A stretch of 63,031 nt of DNA, counting the filler, from Chiloscyllium plagiosum (Eukaryota): the NCBI RefSeq assembly GCF_004010195.1. It is 5 parts of one record of this genome, joined end to end, with 100 filler letters (N's around TTAATTAATTAA, not from the genome) between each part and the next. Parts side by side here need not be neighbours in the genome. Positions count along the whole stretch, not along the records: positions 58,492 to 63,031 come from NC_057710.1; 4 more parts are not named here. One strand, given 5' to 3'. Below are positions 62,860 through 63,031 of this stretch, piece after piece (position 1 is the stretch's first letter; every line of letters starts with the position of its first letter). The notes beneath the pieces are model-generated. The model worked only from the letters and a program-made list of their open reading frames with translations. It was not told where the DNA came from and did not search any database. A program made the translations under genes and the position numbers.

Positions 62860-63031
62860 TGAACTTTGTAGTGAATGAAACCTTTGAAGAGCAGGTGTGC
62901 ATGCTGAAATGGATAGAGATAGAGGAAGCTGATATGCTGAAAATTTTGTCAAACATTAAGATTGACAAGTCGCCAGGCCCGGACCAGATTTGTCCTCGGC
63001 TGCTTTGGGAAACGAGAAATGCAATTGCTTC
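62860..63031 (+). mobile_element. CR1 ORF2 fragment
   Basis: IKIDKSPGPDQICPRLLWETRNAIA. Confidence 0.85.

Overview
Eukaryotic, repeat-dominated vertebrate DNA. The HE1-type tRNA SINEs, CR1 LINEs, Penelope-like elements and Rex1 fragments point to a cartilaginous fish (inference). It is a draft scaffold with five N-gaps, four of them carrying an artificial TTAATTAATTAA linker. The only host-gene signal is two minus-strand exons (52100-52499, 48474-48551) encoding a lysine-rich region that resembles LYAR. Most long ORFs in the track come from satellites or decayed transposons. Main observations: (1) many Penelope-associated minimal hammerhead-ribozyme motifs, several inside short TSD-flanked fold-back elements whose inversion point lies at the ribozyme; (2) one Gypsy element whose 3' half is inverted at such a fold-back insertion, supported by two independent TSDs; (3) two large related satellites (24-bp and 23-bp units) in opposite orientation around a 1.7-kb spacer; (4) a SINE-filled and an empty copy of the same site side by side. 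All family calls come from recalled motifs, not database searches.
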